Virus record (IMG/VR): IMGVR_UViG_3300017705_000783
Coordinates: 8,565-72,564 of that record
Length of the DNA stretch: 64,000 nt
Strand: one strand, 5' to 3'
Source: a virus
Lineage: Duplodnaviria; Caudoviricetes
Below, piece by piece: positions 1 through 8,113 of the stretch. Position 1 is the first letter of the stretch; each line of letters begins with the position of its first letter. A model generated the notes under the pieces. It made no database searches and was not told the origin of the DNA. It saw nothing but the letters and a program-made list of their open reading frames with translations. A program made the translations under genes and the position numbers.

Positions 1-359
1 CCAGAAAACTTTTCTTTCTTTGCAGCAGAGTTCATAAGGGAGGGATGGGGACCTCCTAAGATAATTTTAGACTCTGGGGCAAGTTCTCGTATATTATTAG
101 CTATCTTAAAAGCAAAAGGTATTTGAGGGGTGGTTGCTGTTAGACCAAAAGTTTTAATAAATGGATTTTGATTTAAATAAGTATCCAATACTTCTTCACA
201 ATTCTTTACCCCAGCTAAATCTAGAAAATCAACAAAATATCCCCTCTCCTCTAAAGCCGCTGCTACTTTTAGAATACCTATATGAAGAAAAACTCGTTCA
301 TCCAGTAAAAAGGGAGAAGGTGGAGTAATAAAACAAATAGTTTTATTTACTGATAACAT
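1..359 (-). CDS. B12 (cobalamin)-binding domain of a class B-type radical SAM protein, N-terminal part, runs off the window
   Basis: Not in the ORF track. My translation from ATG at 359 is open to the window edge: MLSVNKTICFITPPSPFLLDERVFLHIGILKVAAALEERGYFVDFLDLAGV...FGLTATTPQIPFAFKIANNIRELAPESKIILGGPHPSL. This is the typical B12-binding Rossmann domain pattern (PPxP...xGxxxxAAxL...D...GxTxxT...GGPH). Confidence 0.85.
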   Translation of the reverse strand, partial: MLSVNKTICFITPPSPFLLDERVFLHIGILKVAAALEERGYFVDFLDLAGVKNCEEVLDTYLNQNPFIKTFGLTATTPQIPFAFKIANNIRELAPESKIILGGPHPSLMNSAAKKEKFS

Positions 360-1050
360 CCAAAGCAGTCCTCACTTGTTCACTTAAATTTTGTTTGTGT
401 TCGTTGTTCATATGGGATAAATTATAAACTAAAAGAATATCTTCAATAAACTCTACTTTAGAATACCCAATTTTTTCTAATATAGGAACAAAAATAACTA
501 CATCTGCTGCTGCTGTATAAAAATTACCTTCCTTATCCCTAAAATTATGATCTTCTATCAAATCCCATAAATGTCTTTTAAAGGTTCTTAGGTGAGAGAA
601 GGGCCATCCATCTATAACCGCTTGGCGTGGGCTACCTGTGTACTCTCTGGCTATACATTCACCTCCTGTGGTAGAGCTATAACTTCCGTAGGTTAACCAA
701 CATTCTGTATCTTCGTAAACCTTATCTACTTTGGATAACGCATGTTCATTTATAAACCAATCATCTCCATCTAACTGAACAATTATATCTTCGCTGTCTG
801 CCTCCGAATTTTCTACTCCCTTTTTATGATTTAAGGGAACCCCTATTCTTTTATCATTTTTAATTATCTTAAATCGTTCGTCACCGCAAATAGCCTTCTC
901 AGCCTTTTCAACTGTGGCATCCATAGAATTATCATCTACTATAACCTGAGTAAAGTTAGTATGCGTTTGATCTTTAACTGATTGAATGCACTTACCTATC
1001 CACTTCTCAGCGTTATAGACAGGAGTTATAATTCTAAAAGTGTTTTCCAT
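343..1050 (-). CDS. Glycosyltransferase family 2 (GT-A fold)
   Basis: IITPVYNAEKWIGKCIQSV, VDDNSMD, QLDGDDW (DxD) motifs. Confidence 0.9.
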   Translation of the reverse strand: MENTFRIITPVYNAEKWIGKCIQSVKDQTHTNFTQVIVDDNSMDATVEKAEKAICGDERFKIIKNDKRIGVPLNHKKGVENSEADSEDIIVQLDGDDWFINEHALSKVDKVYEDTECWLTYGSYSSTTGGECIAREYTGSPRQAVIDGWPFSHLRTFKRHLWDLIEDHNFRDKEGNFYTAAADVVIFVPILEKIGYSKVEFIEDILLVYNLSHMNNEHKQNLSEQVRTALDVISK

Positions 1051-1823
1051 GATTCTAATATCCTATCTTCTTCCCAATACTCTGAATGTTTAGAAGATCC
1101 AAACAGGTCGTTAAAGGGAATTCCATGCTGTTCGCACTCATGCCTAACTAACCCATAAGTCTCAGCCCTACTTGCATGATAAACAGCATCAATCATGTTA
1201 TACATAACTGTTTTATCGTCATACTTCCCTACTATCTTAACCCTCGTATTATTCTTTATTAAAGATCTAACCTGTTCTTGGTAATAATCTTCATCGGTTA
1301 CGCTCCCAAAAATAAGGATTCGGGTGCCTTTCGGCTCAGAATCCAAGGCAGCTTGAATTGCCAAGGCCGTCTGCTTGTGGCTGTCAATGCTTCCTATTAT
1401 ACCCACAGCCCCTCGTTTATGTGAACCTTTTCTCTCACATTTATCGACAATATTAGGAATAACAACAGAGGGAGTATCAACATCCTGCCAATCTCTTTGC
1501 CACTCGGAGACAAAGTGTATAGTGTCCACAGATTGAAGGGGTTTCTCTTTAAGAGGAAATAATATTGTTTCGTGGCAAGAGAAGATCACCTTCTTTATTG
1601 GAATTTTTTCTTCTTTTAGGGGAACAAAGTGAGCTATGAGAGTATTTTCTTCATCTGTTATATCTAATCTAGAGGTGTTCGCAGATCTGCACTTATCCAA
1701 ATGCCAGTTATGTGGGCCATAGAATATAGCATCAATGCCCGCCTTATTTAGCAAATTAGTTAGATTAATGAACGCAACGGTTGAGCCACCAGGGTTGGAC
1801 CAACCAGATAATATCCTAACCAT
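1026..1823 (-). CDS. Glycosyltransferase, GT-B fold (GT4-like); start refined to ATG at 1823
   Basis: N-terminal GWSNPGGS, GIIGSIDSHK, C-terminal YHASRAETYGLVRHEC (ExFG-like). ATG 1823 overlaps the upstream stop. Confidence 0.75.
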   Translation of the reverse strand: MVRILSGWSNPGGSTVAFINLTNLLNKAGIDAIFYGPHNWHLDKCRSANTSRLDITDEENTLIAHFVPLKEEKIPIKKVIFSCHETILFPLKEKPLQSVDTIHFVSEWQRDWQDVDTPSVVIPNIVDKCERKGSHKRGAVGIIGSIDSHKQTALAIQAALDSEPKGTRILIFGSVTDEDYYQEQVRSLIKNNTRVKIVGKYDDKTVMYNMIDAVYHASRAETYGLVRHECEQHGIPFNDLFGSSKHSEYWEEDRILESWKTLLEL

Positions 1824-3024
1824 TCCCACTGAACGACCACTCCTTGTTATAGGTTGCTTCCTTGTGCCTCTCACTCAGGAGCTTAAAGCACTGCTCATAC
1901 AGCTCCAGTCTGTGCTTTGCCACCTTATTGATGTCGAAGTATTCGTCCGTTATTTGACGTAGATTACGGCCCATCGTCTCAACGTGCTTGGGGTTTTTTA
2001 TACATTTCGAGAGGATCTTAACCCACTGGCTTCTTGGGGCATCGGGATCTATTAAATACCCTGTCTCCCCGTTAACTATAGTTTCATCATAACATCCTAC
2101 ATTGGAGGCTATCAAGGGTACTTTATATCTCCCACACTCAGCTACCTTAATCTCACTCTTACTATCATTAAACGCATTCATCTGAAGTGGTGCTATTGCT
2201 AACTCCATGTTGGCATACATACTGCCATATCTATCTGGGGGAAGAGCTTGTCCTATAGACCAATTATTTGCTTTCTTAAACCCCCCAAGGAGTATCCTTT
2301 TATAGTTATCCCACACCTCGTTCTGCCATTCTTTGGCTTTGCCCTTCTCTTGAGGTGCAGGTGCGCCATAAAAATCCCACTGTACCTTTTCTTTTCCTAC
2401 CTTTTGATTCACCGACCACGGTACCCCAGCAAACTCTTTAACGTCTTCCTCATGATGAATCCCACCTGCCCATCCTACCCTACTTACTCCCTTTATCTTT
2501 ACTCGTTGCATGTTCCAACAAGGAAGAGTATAATCAATAGAATTTTTTATAACTGCGAGAACTCCTCCTACAAAAGACTTAACTCTCTCAGCAAATTTCT
2601 TCTGCGTCACAGTAACGAGGTCAGCATTGAAATACATCCATTTAGTTATTTCATATAAATTCTTTTCTTCATAGGTTTGTTTTAATCTATGTCCTTCGTA
2701 CAACTCGGTAAGGAGATCATCGGTATCAAAATGAACAAACTTACCTCTCTGCTTTGAGATTCCTATAACTCTCGCTGTGTAGGGGCCACCAAAGTTAGAA
2801 ATATTATTTATAAGAACTATATCGGCCCAATCTATATCAGGATAAGGTGCATCATCTGTTGGCATCTCTCCTGTTTCCATATTTAGTTGTAGGGGATTTT
2901 GAACAAGCTTAACTTCAACTTTGTCTGGGTATAGTTGGGCTAGTTTTTGTAATGGCATGATAAGACGATAGTAAGCACATCCTCCTTCGTTTGCATAAAC
3001 ACCAAGGATTTTAAGTTTGTTCAT
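1816..3024 (-). CDS. Glycosyltransferase, GT-B fold (GT4-like)
   Basis: GGCAYYRLIMP, DTDDLL, GWAGGIHH, IAPL...FNDSKSEIKVAECG, IASNVGCY...NGETGYL. Confidence 0.88.
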   Translation of the reverse strand: MNKLKILGVYANEGGCAYYRLIMPLQKLAQLYPDKVEVKLVQNPLQLNMETGEMPTDDAPYPDIDWADIVLINNISNFGGPYTARVIGISKQRGKFVHFDTDDLLTELYEGHRLKQTYEEKNLYEITKWMYFNADLVTVTQKKFAERVKSFVGGVLAVIKNSIDYTLPCWNMQRVKIKGVSRVGWAGGIHHEEDVKEFAGVPWSVNQKVGKEKVQWDFYGAPAPQEKGKAKEWQNEVWDNYKRILLGGFKKANNWSIGQALPPDRYGSMYANMELAIAPLQMNAFNDSKSEIKVAECGRYKVPLIASNVGCYDETIVNGETGYLIDPDAPRSQWVKILSKCIKNPKHVETMGRNLRQITDEYFDINKVAKHRLELYEQCFKLLSERHKEATYNKEWSFSGNG

Positions 3025-3037
3025 TTGTTTCTCTAAT

Positions 3038-3069
3038 AAAAAAAGGAGGTAGTTTAAAACTACCTCCTT
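3038..3069 (-). terminator. Rho-independent terminator after the lysis-like cassette
   Basis: AAGGAGGTAGT-TTTAA-ACTACCTCCTT (11-bp perfect stem) followed by a T run on the minus strand. Confidence 0.85.
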
Positions 3070-3104
3070 ATTATAGATGGGGTCAATTAAGGTTGTACTA
3101 ATTT

Positions 3105-3317
3105 CTATGGGTCTAAATTTTTAGGAGGAACAATATAATAGCCTTCGGGGATAGCTACGTTTTTGTCTGTTAGAACCCACTGTCCATCTACTTTTACATA
3201 AATTTTTCCCTCAACGTCTGGTCCAATCCTTGCGATTGATCCCGACTCCACGAATATCGCTCTCGTGCTTCCGCACCCTATCATGCAAAGACTTGCTGAG
3301 AATAGGATCAGCAGCAT
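3105..3317 (-). CDS. Small lipoprotein, candidate o-spanin; start refined to ATG 3317
   Basis: MLLILFSASLCMIG-C signal/lipobox-like, small size, C-terminal IVPP; start lies inside the upstream ORF in another frame. Confidence 0.55.
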   Translation of the reverse strand: MLLILFSASLCMIGCGSTRAIFVESGSIARIGPDVEGKIYVKVDGQWVLTDKNVAIPEGYYIVPPKNLDP

Positions 3318-3414
3318 CAGCCTTTTTCCCCGTGTCGGGAGCTTCGATTTGAGCGACGACAGTAGGTATAATAGCTTTGAATAAAGACGAGATAAGATCA
3401 ATGAGCCACGCCAC
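3211..3414 (-). CDS. Small protein with hydrophobic N-terminus, candidate i-spanin
   Basis: MAWLIDLISSLFKAIIPTVVA N-terminus; overlaps the lipoprotein gene by 107 nt; holin-like gene upstream. Confidence 0.4.
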   Translation of the reverse strand: MAWLIDLISSLFKAIIPTVVAQIEAPDTGKKADAADPILSKSLHDRVRKHESDIRGVGINRKDWTRR

Positions 3415-3417
3415 ATT

Positions 3418-3678
3418 CTAATCCTCACTGCTGTCTGTTATAGCGGGACCAACATTAAACCAAGTCCAAGGCAAGACAATATTAAAGTCTGCCCATGACC
3501 ATTCATGTGTATGGAGATCCCCTAAAAAGGGCATATTAAACTGGGGAGCTGCGTCTCCAGGAATAATATCTACAACCATATCATCTACGGCTTCTACAAC
3601 CACAATGGGTCCAATACCTGCACACGCTCCAAGACTGAGCATAGTAAACATAAGGCTAACAATCAAAAACTTCTTCAT
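3418..3678 (-). CDS. Predicted lipoprotein
   Basis: MKKFLIVSLMFTMLSLGA-C type II signal peptide with lipobox. Confidence 0.7.
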   Translation of the reverse strand: MKKFLIVSLMFTMLSLGACAGIGPIVVVEAVDDMVVDIIPGDAAPQFNMPFLGDLHTHEWSWADFNIVLPWTWFNVGPAITDSSED

Positions 3679-4040
3679 TTCTTATCTCCTTGAACTATTC
3701 GAGCCACGAGACCTTGAAGCTTGGGCATACCCCAACTCACCAAAAGCTTATACGCTGGTCCCTTTGCCATTGCAAGGGCGTTACTAATAGCAAGCTGCTT
3801 TGCTTCTTCTCGTTCTTCTTCAGTGAGCTTGCCATCTGCGGCTGCTCTTTTACGGAAAGCTACAAACTCATCACCAGTCTGGGCAATCCCATCCCGAAGA
3901 GCGTCGATAGCCACATTCTCAATTCCTTGTTTTCGTAACCAACTATAAAATAATCCTAGGCACCAAACAAGACCCGTGCCTACAATACCCCACACTGCTT
4001 CGCTCAGTGCTAAATTTTCCCAAATACTTGCAAAATACAT
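3675..4040 (-). CDS. Holin-like membrane protein (LL-H-type architecture)
   Basis: Single N-terminal TM helix (AVWGIVGTGLVWCLGLFYSWL) followed by a helical soluble domain (DGKLTEEEREEAK); context next to lipoprotein/spanin-like genes. Confidence 0.45.
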   Translation of the reverse strand: MYFASIWENLALSEAVWGIVGTGLVWCLGLFYSWLRKQGIENVAIDALRDGIAQTGDEFVAFRKRAAADGKLTEEEREEAKQLAISNALAMAKGPAYKLLVSWGMPKLQGLVARIVQGDKK

Positions 4041-4049
4041 ACTAATCTC

Positions 4050-4790
4050 CTAGCTTTGCATCTTGTTGAGGAATTCGTCATCAGAACCCTCAACATTAGG
4101 CGTATCTGTATACGCCGTTCCCCTCAAAGACGGGGGAGTAATTTCGTCTACAATATTTACTACATCATCATATTCTTCAAGCTTCACAAGTCCGTGAACA
4201 TCATGAAGAGAATCCATCCACTCTGCTATTTCTGATGATTTACCTGCTTCCGATGATTTTGGACGAGGTTGAGATTGATCATACTTAGGCCATTGCCCTT
4301 CCATGATCTTGATAATCTTAAAATCGTGTCCAACAGAGAGGTCTGTAATGTCACCATAATCTTCGTCCAGAATAGTATTAAGAATCTTTTGGAACAACAT
4401 GATCCCAACAGAAAGGATCTTAACCTTCGCTGATTCCCTATCTACAACATTCATGTAGTAGCGGGAACGAGGCTTAATCTGTCGAGCAAGGGTCTCATCA
4501 TCAGTAACCCCCGTCTTCCACAGACTAAAGTAAAGATCGCAAAGGGGGCATTTTTCCCCATGGATCTTTCTACAGTGTACGTTTCTTATTTTGTTATCGT
4601 TGGCTGTTACTCGATGAATCTTAGTTTCAGCGTAAAAAGGGGTATCCTCGTCCTTTCCTGGAAGGATGCGAACAACATTGTTCCCCTCCTGAATCTGAAG
4701 GAAGTTGTCTAAAAAGGAGGAGTCTCCTCCTTGGCTGGGGTTTGAGATCTCAGCGTGTTTGCGCCTGATTGCTTCGAGGTCGATTGACAT
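4050..4790 (-). CDS. gp32: T4 gp32-like single-stranded DNA-binding protein
   Basis: N-terminal basic helix, VRILP, H...C...CPLC zinc ligands, YYMNVVDR, DLSVGHDFKI, acidic tail. Confidence 0.9.
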   Translation of the reverse strand: MSIDLEAIRRKHAEISNPSQGGDSSFLDNFLQIQEGNNVVRILPGKDEDTPFYAETKIHRVTANDNKIRNVHCRKIHGEKCPLCDLYFSLWKTGVTDDETLARQIKPRSRYYMNVVDRESAKVKILSVGIMLFQKILNTILDEDYGDITDLSVGHDFKIIKIMEGQWPKYDQSQPRPKSSEAGKSSEIAEWMDSLHDVHGLVKLEEYDDVVNIVDEITPPSLRGTAYTDTPNVEGSDDEFLNKMQS

Positions 4791-4811
4791 GTTATTTCTC
4801 CTGTTAAAAGT

Positions 4812-4819
4812 TATTTATA
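4812..4819 (-). promoter_or_regulatory. T4-type late promoter consensus TATAAATA upstream of gp32
   Basis: Exact T4 late -10 consensus in the intergenic region, followed by AGGAG RBS; a gp55-like sigma is encoded in the window. Confidence 0.55.
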
Positions 4820-4844
4820 TGTTATAGTCGAGTTTAAGTAGGAT

Positions 4845-5276
4845 TTAACTATAAAGTTTGGTTTCTGATCTATTATTTGCGGATAGTTGGACTAAAATGT
4901 CCTTCTTATGTTCTAATGAAGTTACTAAGCCCTTTACCATTAGGTACTTATGGGTAGCTTCAGTAACCTTTCTTTCCATTTCTCTATATTCACTATCAGT
5001 GAATACAATGTCATCCAAATCTTTCGCTGTTAATTTTATTTTAGTATTTTCTTTACTTTCCTTTCTAAGGAAGGAGCCTAAGTAGGTAAGTTCGTGATTG
5101 GCTTCATCAAGCTCCTTTTTTGAAAGGGCAAGAAGGGCCATGCATTGCTGGAACACAGCAGGGTGCCCCATAAGCTCACCACTAAGGTTGTCCTTATCAA
5201 CCTTACTGAGTTGTTTTCCGATAAACGTAAAGTTTTCCCAAGTAAAAACTTCATACGCCTCTATTAAGTTATGCAT
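4845..5276 (-). CDS. uvsY: UvsY-like recombination mediator; start refined to ATG 5276
   Basis: All-helical, AKDLDDIVFTDSEY...LVTSLEHKKDILVQLSANNRSE pattern; next to gp32; TGATG coupling with the upstream gene. Confidence 0.7.
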   Translation of the reverse strand: MHNLIEAYEVFTWENFTFIGKQLSKVDKDNLSGELMGHPAVFQQCMALLALSKKELDEANHELTYLGSFLRKESKENTKIKLTAKDLDDIVFTDSEYREMERKVTEATHKYLMVKGLVTSLEHKKDILVQLSANNRSETKLYS

Positions 5277-5458
5277 CAATGTCTCCGAATATAATGATGG
5301 TGGTGAACAGGTACTACAGGATAACACACAGTACCTGTTGGAACCGTGTATATCCGTACTGGTTGGTGCCTTCTCACGGGTTTAATCGTGACATTGCACC
5401 CACTCATTATAATCGAAGTTAACAAAAGTGCAAACAAAATCTTTAATTTTTTCATCAC
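5276..5458 (-). CDS. Small lipoprotein with His-rich C-terminus
   Basis: MMKKLKILFALLLTSIIMSG-C lipobox; C-terminal VHHHHYIRRH. Confidence 0.65.
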   Translation of the reverse strand: MMKKLKILFALLLTSIIMSGCNVTIKPVRRHQPVRIYTVPTGTVCYPVVPVHHHHYIRRH

Positions 5459-5847
5459 GGAACTAAACTGTAGGTTACATTACCTGCGCCTAACGCAGTG
5501 GCCCCAGAAACGACCAAATTATGTCCCACCACACAAGTACCTATTCCCGTAATTGGGGAACCTGTCTGAGTAAAAGGGGCCGCTGCGTTGGTGTCCGCTG
5601 TTATAAGTCCAGTAAGAGATGTTCCTGCTACTATTGTTGTAGAAGAAGAGGCTAACTCTGCTGTGCCATGGTCCCCTAATGAGATAGTGTAAGAAAGAAG
5701 TTTAATTTTTCTCCCATCTCCTGGGGAGCTAACAATCGTGGTTGCTCCCGTAACCCCAGCGGTGTAACTAAATGTAGCTGTTTCTACAGCAGGGACTCCC
5801 GCATGTTTTGTGGCACTTCTCGTACCATCTACTGACATAAAACTCAT
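5455..5847 (-). CDS. Hypothetical Ser/Thr/Gly-rich beta protein (possible virion decoration)
   Basis: Coupled overlap with its neighbour; composition typical of virion beta-sandwich proteins. Confidence 0.45.
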   Translation of the reverse strand: MSFMSVDGTRSATKHAGVPAVETATFSYTAGVTGATTIVSSPGDGRKIKLLSYTISLGDHGTAELASSSTTIVAGTSLTGLITADTNAAAPFTQTGSPITGIGTCVVGHNLVVSGATALGAGNVTYSLVP

Positions 5848-5848
5848 G

Positions 5849-6265
5849 TTATTCTTTCCTTTCTAAAATTAGCTCGAATAATTCTTTGTTTAAAGCAAGA
5901 GCTGACATAAGCCCTCTACTAACGCCCAATGTTAAAAACTCATTGCTTGCGTTAGGTATATACCCTTCGGGACAGTTATCTCCTAACTCTCCTTTCTCGT
6001 GTCCACCAAACCCACATACTTCCAGAAGAACATGTGTTATTTCGTGAAGCACCGTCTCTATCGCTGTCTCTGTGTTTGCAGTTGATTGAAGAAAAATAGT
6101 ACAATCATCAAAATCAGTAACCCCCCAGCAAGCACAACCAGTATCTGCCAGATGATCTTTAACAGTTATCTTAAATTTACGGTACCCTGCGTTAAAGTAG
6201 AGGCCATCTATCTTTTTTAATAAATTACATTTCTTCTTCTGCGTCATCCTCTTCGCCCTCTTCAA
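5849..6265 (-). CDS. Putative zinc metallopeptidase (HExxH)
   Basis: GVTDFDDCTIFL followed by ETVLHEITHVLL and a later Glu (SNEFL). Confidence 0.65.
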   Translation of the reverse strand: MKRAKRMTQKKKCNLLKKIDGLYFNAGYRKFKITVKDHLADTGCACWGVTDFDDCTIFLQSTANTETAIETVLHEITHVLLEVCGFGGHEKGELGDNCPEGYIPNASNEFLTLGVSRGLMSALALNKELFELILERKE

Positions 6266-7541
6266 TTCTAAGCGTACTATAGTTTACGTTGAGGGGAACC
6301 GTAAAAAATGCTCTTCCGTTTCTAACTTTCATAGCATATAAACGCATCATCCCCTCGTCATACTCTTCTCTATTCTGATTTAGGGACACAGCAAGATCTA
6401 CAGGTCTTATCTGACCGTAGGAGTCTCCTAACTCTGAGTCCGTAATTAATCTGACATTTCGTCCTTGGCGGTTTGTTTGGGTAGCTGTCCAGACCACGCA
6501 ACTATGCTCCTGAGCTAAACCTCGAAGATCTGTCACTGTTTGTTCCATTGCTTCGTACTTCGCCATATTTTTATCTGATATTTTAAGAAGACCAATATAA
6601 TCTACTATGATCACATCTGGGATGAAGTTTTCATGGTTTCTAAGTATATTTAAAAGAGATCTAATATTAGAAACATTGGTTACTCCCGCAGGAAGTTCCT
6701 TAATAACTAAGTCTCCATTAGAAAACTTCTCCTTAAAAAGATTTAACCTCTCCTTTACCTTCAAAAGAGAAGTAGGATTAGTTTTCATTATTCTTTGGGG
6801 GATAAGAGATGCTATTGAGTCCAGCCTTTGGGCTACTCTGTCTTCACTCATTTCAAGAGAAATATATAAAACCTTTCTATTTTCCATTAATGATTGAACA
6901 CATTGGTTAGCCAAGTAAAGACTTTTACCCACCCCAGGAGGTGCTACCACCATCCCAATCTCTTTTCTCTGGAGACCTCCTTCTATGGCTTGGTTAAGAG
7001 TTGGAATCATAGTCTTAAACAAGTCCTTTTGGTCCTCGGACAACTCGTACAGCCTCTTAAATCTATCTGCTATATCACTAAAATAGTTTTGTCCCACATC
7101 TACTTCTCTTGAGACAGTAAGAGCTTCCCTAATGTTGCTCTCAATGGCACCATAGTTCTCACTTTTAAGATGCAGAATACTATTCTTAATGGCTCCTTTA
7201 AGAGCTTCCTTTTTAGCAAAATCTTCAATAAGATCTAAAATATATTCCTTATTGTTTACGGACTCGGGATCTATAGCATTTATGTCCTCCAACTCCTCTG
7301 AGAAATCGGAGATTCTGCCTTCTTCGCCTATATCTTTCCTAATATCTTCTACGATAAAATCGTCTGTTGGAATGGATAAATACTCATCATAATGAGTGAC
7401 AACTGCCTCATAGATCCGAGCATGGGTGGGGTATTCAAAGTATTCCGACTTAACCAACGAGGAGATCTGGGTGAAGAAATCATGGTCACTTTTTAATAAA
7501 TAAATTATGCCTCTTTGTACATTAGAGGAGAATGGGTACAT
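6225..7541 (-). CDS. gp41: Replicative DnaB/gp41-like helicase
   Basis: Walker A APPGVGKS, ISLEM, VIIVDY, VWTATQTNR, DSYG motifs. Confidence 0.93.
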   Translation of the reverse strand: MYPFSSNVQRGIIYLLKSDHDFFTQISSLVKSEYFEYPTHARIYEAVVTHYDEYLSIPTDDFIVEDIRKDIGEEGRISDFSEELEDINAIDPESVNNKEYILDLIEDFAKKEALKGAIKNSILHLKSENYGAIESNIREALTVSREVDVGQNYFSDIADRFKRLYELSEDQKDLFKTMIPTLNQAIEGGLQRKEIGMVVAPPGVGKSLYLANQCVQSLMENRKVLYISLEMSEDRVAQRLDSIASLIPQRIMKTNPTSLLKVKERLNLFKEKFSNGDLVIKELPAGVTNVSNIRSLLNILRNHENFIPDVIIVDYIGLLKISDKNMAKYEAMEQTVTDLRGLAQEHSCVVWTATQTNRQGRNVRLITDSELGDSYGQIRPVDLAVSLNQNREEYDEGMMRLYAMKVRNGRAFFTVPLNVNYSTLRIEEGEEDDAEEEM

Positions 7542-8035
7542 TATTCAAATCCTTTTTTGTCGGGGGTTGTCATTAAATCTACGTTGGTTTTTTTCTGTTT
7601 TGCAGGGTCTATATCTGAATGTTTATATATTGTTTTAGCAACCTCTCTGTATTTAGATGCGTTGTCGTGTATTATGGATTCTTTATCCTCTCCTCCTCTT
7701 TTCTTAATTTCACCCTTCGCCTCTAAAACCTCTAAATCAGGAGTATACACCTTGTAATTCTGGAAGCCCGTTTCCATTCTTTTCTTTGAGGACTCTTTTG
7801 CTCCCTCAATAAATTCATCACACGCTCCCTTTGCGCTAGCATGAGAAATAGTGTTTTTACCATAATCATTACAGTAAAAACCAGCCCCCACAAACCTTAA
7901 GGCTGGGGCATGAAATTCCCTATAGCCCAGCTTTTTACACTCTGGGCATTTGGTTCTTTTGGGGGCTTTCCCCATTTTACACTCACGCTCCCAGTAAACC
8001 TCACAGTTATCACACGACCATGTATAAATAGGCAT
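7541..8035 (-). CDS. FmdB-type zinc-ribbon protein
   Basis: MPIYTWSCDNC...CPEC...LRFVGAGFY. Confidence 0.8.
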   Translation of the reverse strand: MPIYTWSCDNCEVYWERECKMGKAPKRTKCPECKKLGYREFHAPALRFVGAGFYCNDYGKNTISHASAKGACDEFIEGAKESSKKRMETGFQNYKVYTPDLEVLEAKGEIKKRGGEDKESIIHDNASKYREVAKTIYKHSDIDPAKQKKTNVDLMTTPDKKGFE

Positions 8036-8113
8036 AATTATTCCTCCCCCTCTTTTGGTAGAGGTCGCCGCTGTTCCTTTTCACTACTATACTCCTCATC
8101 CTTTTCTTTATCC

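Noticed and set aside
3318-3428. N-terminal 37 codons of the tracked 107-aa ORF
   Set aside because: The signal peptide and lipobox fit only a start at 3317.
8036-8113. 78-bp intergenic region as tRNA or cobalamin riboswitch
   Set aside because: No cloverleaf or riboswitch core, and it lies downstream, not upstream, of nrdJ.
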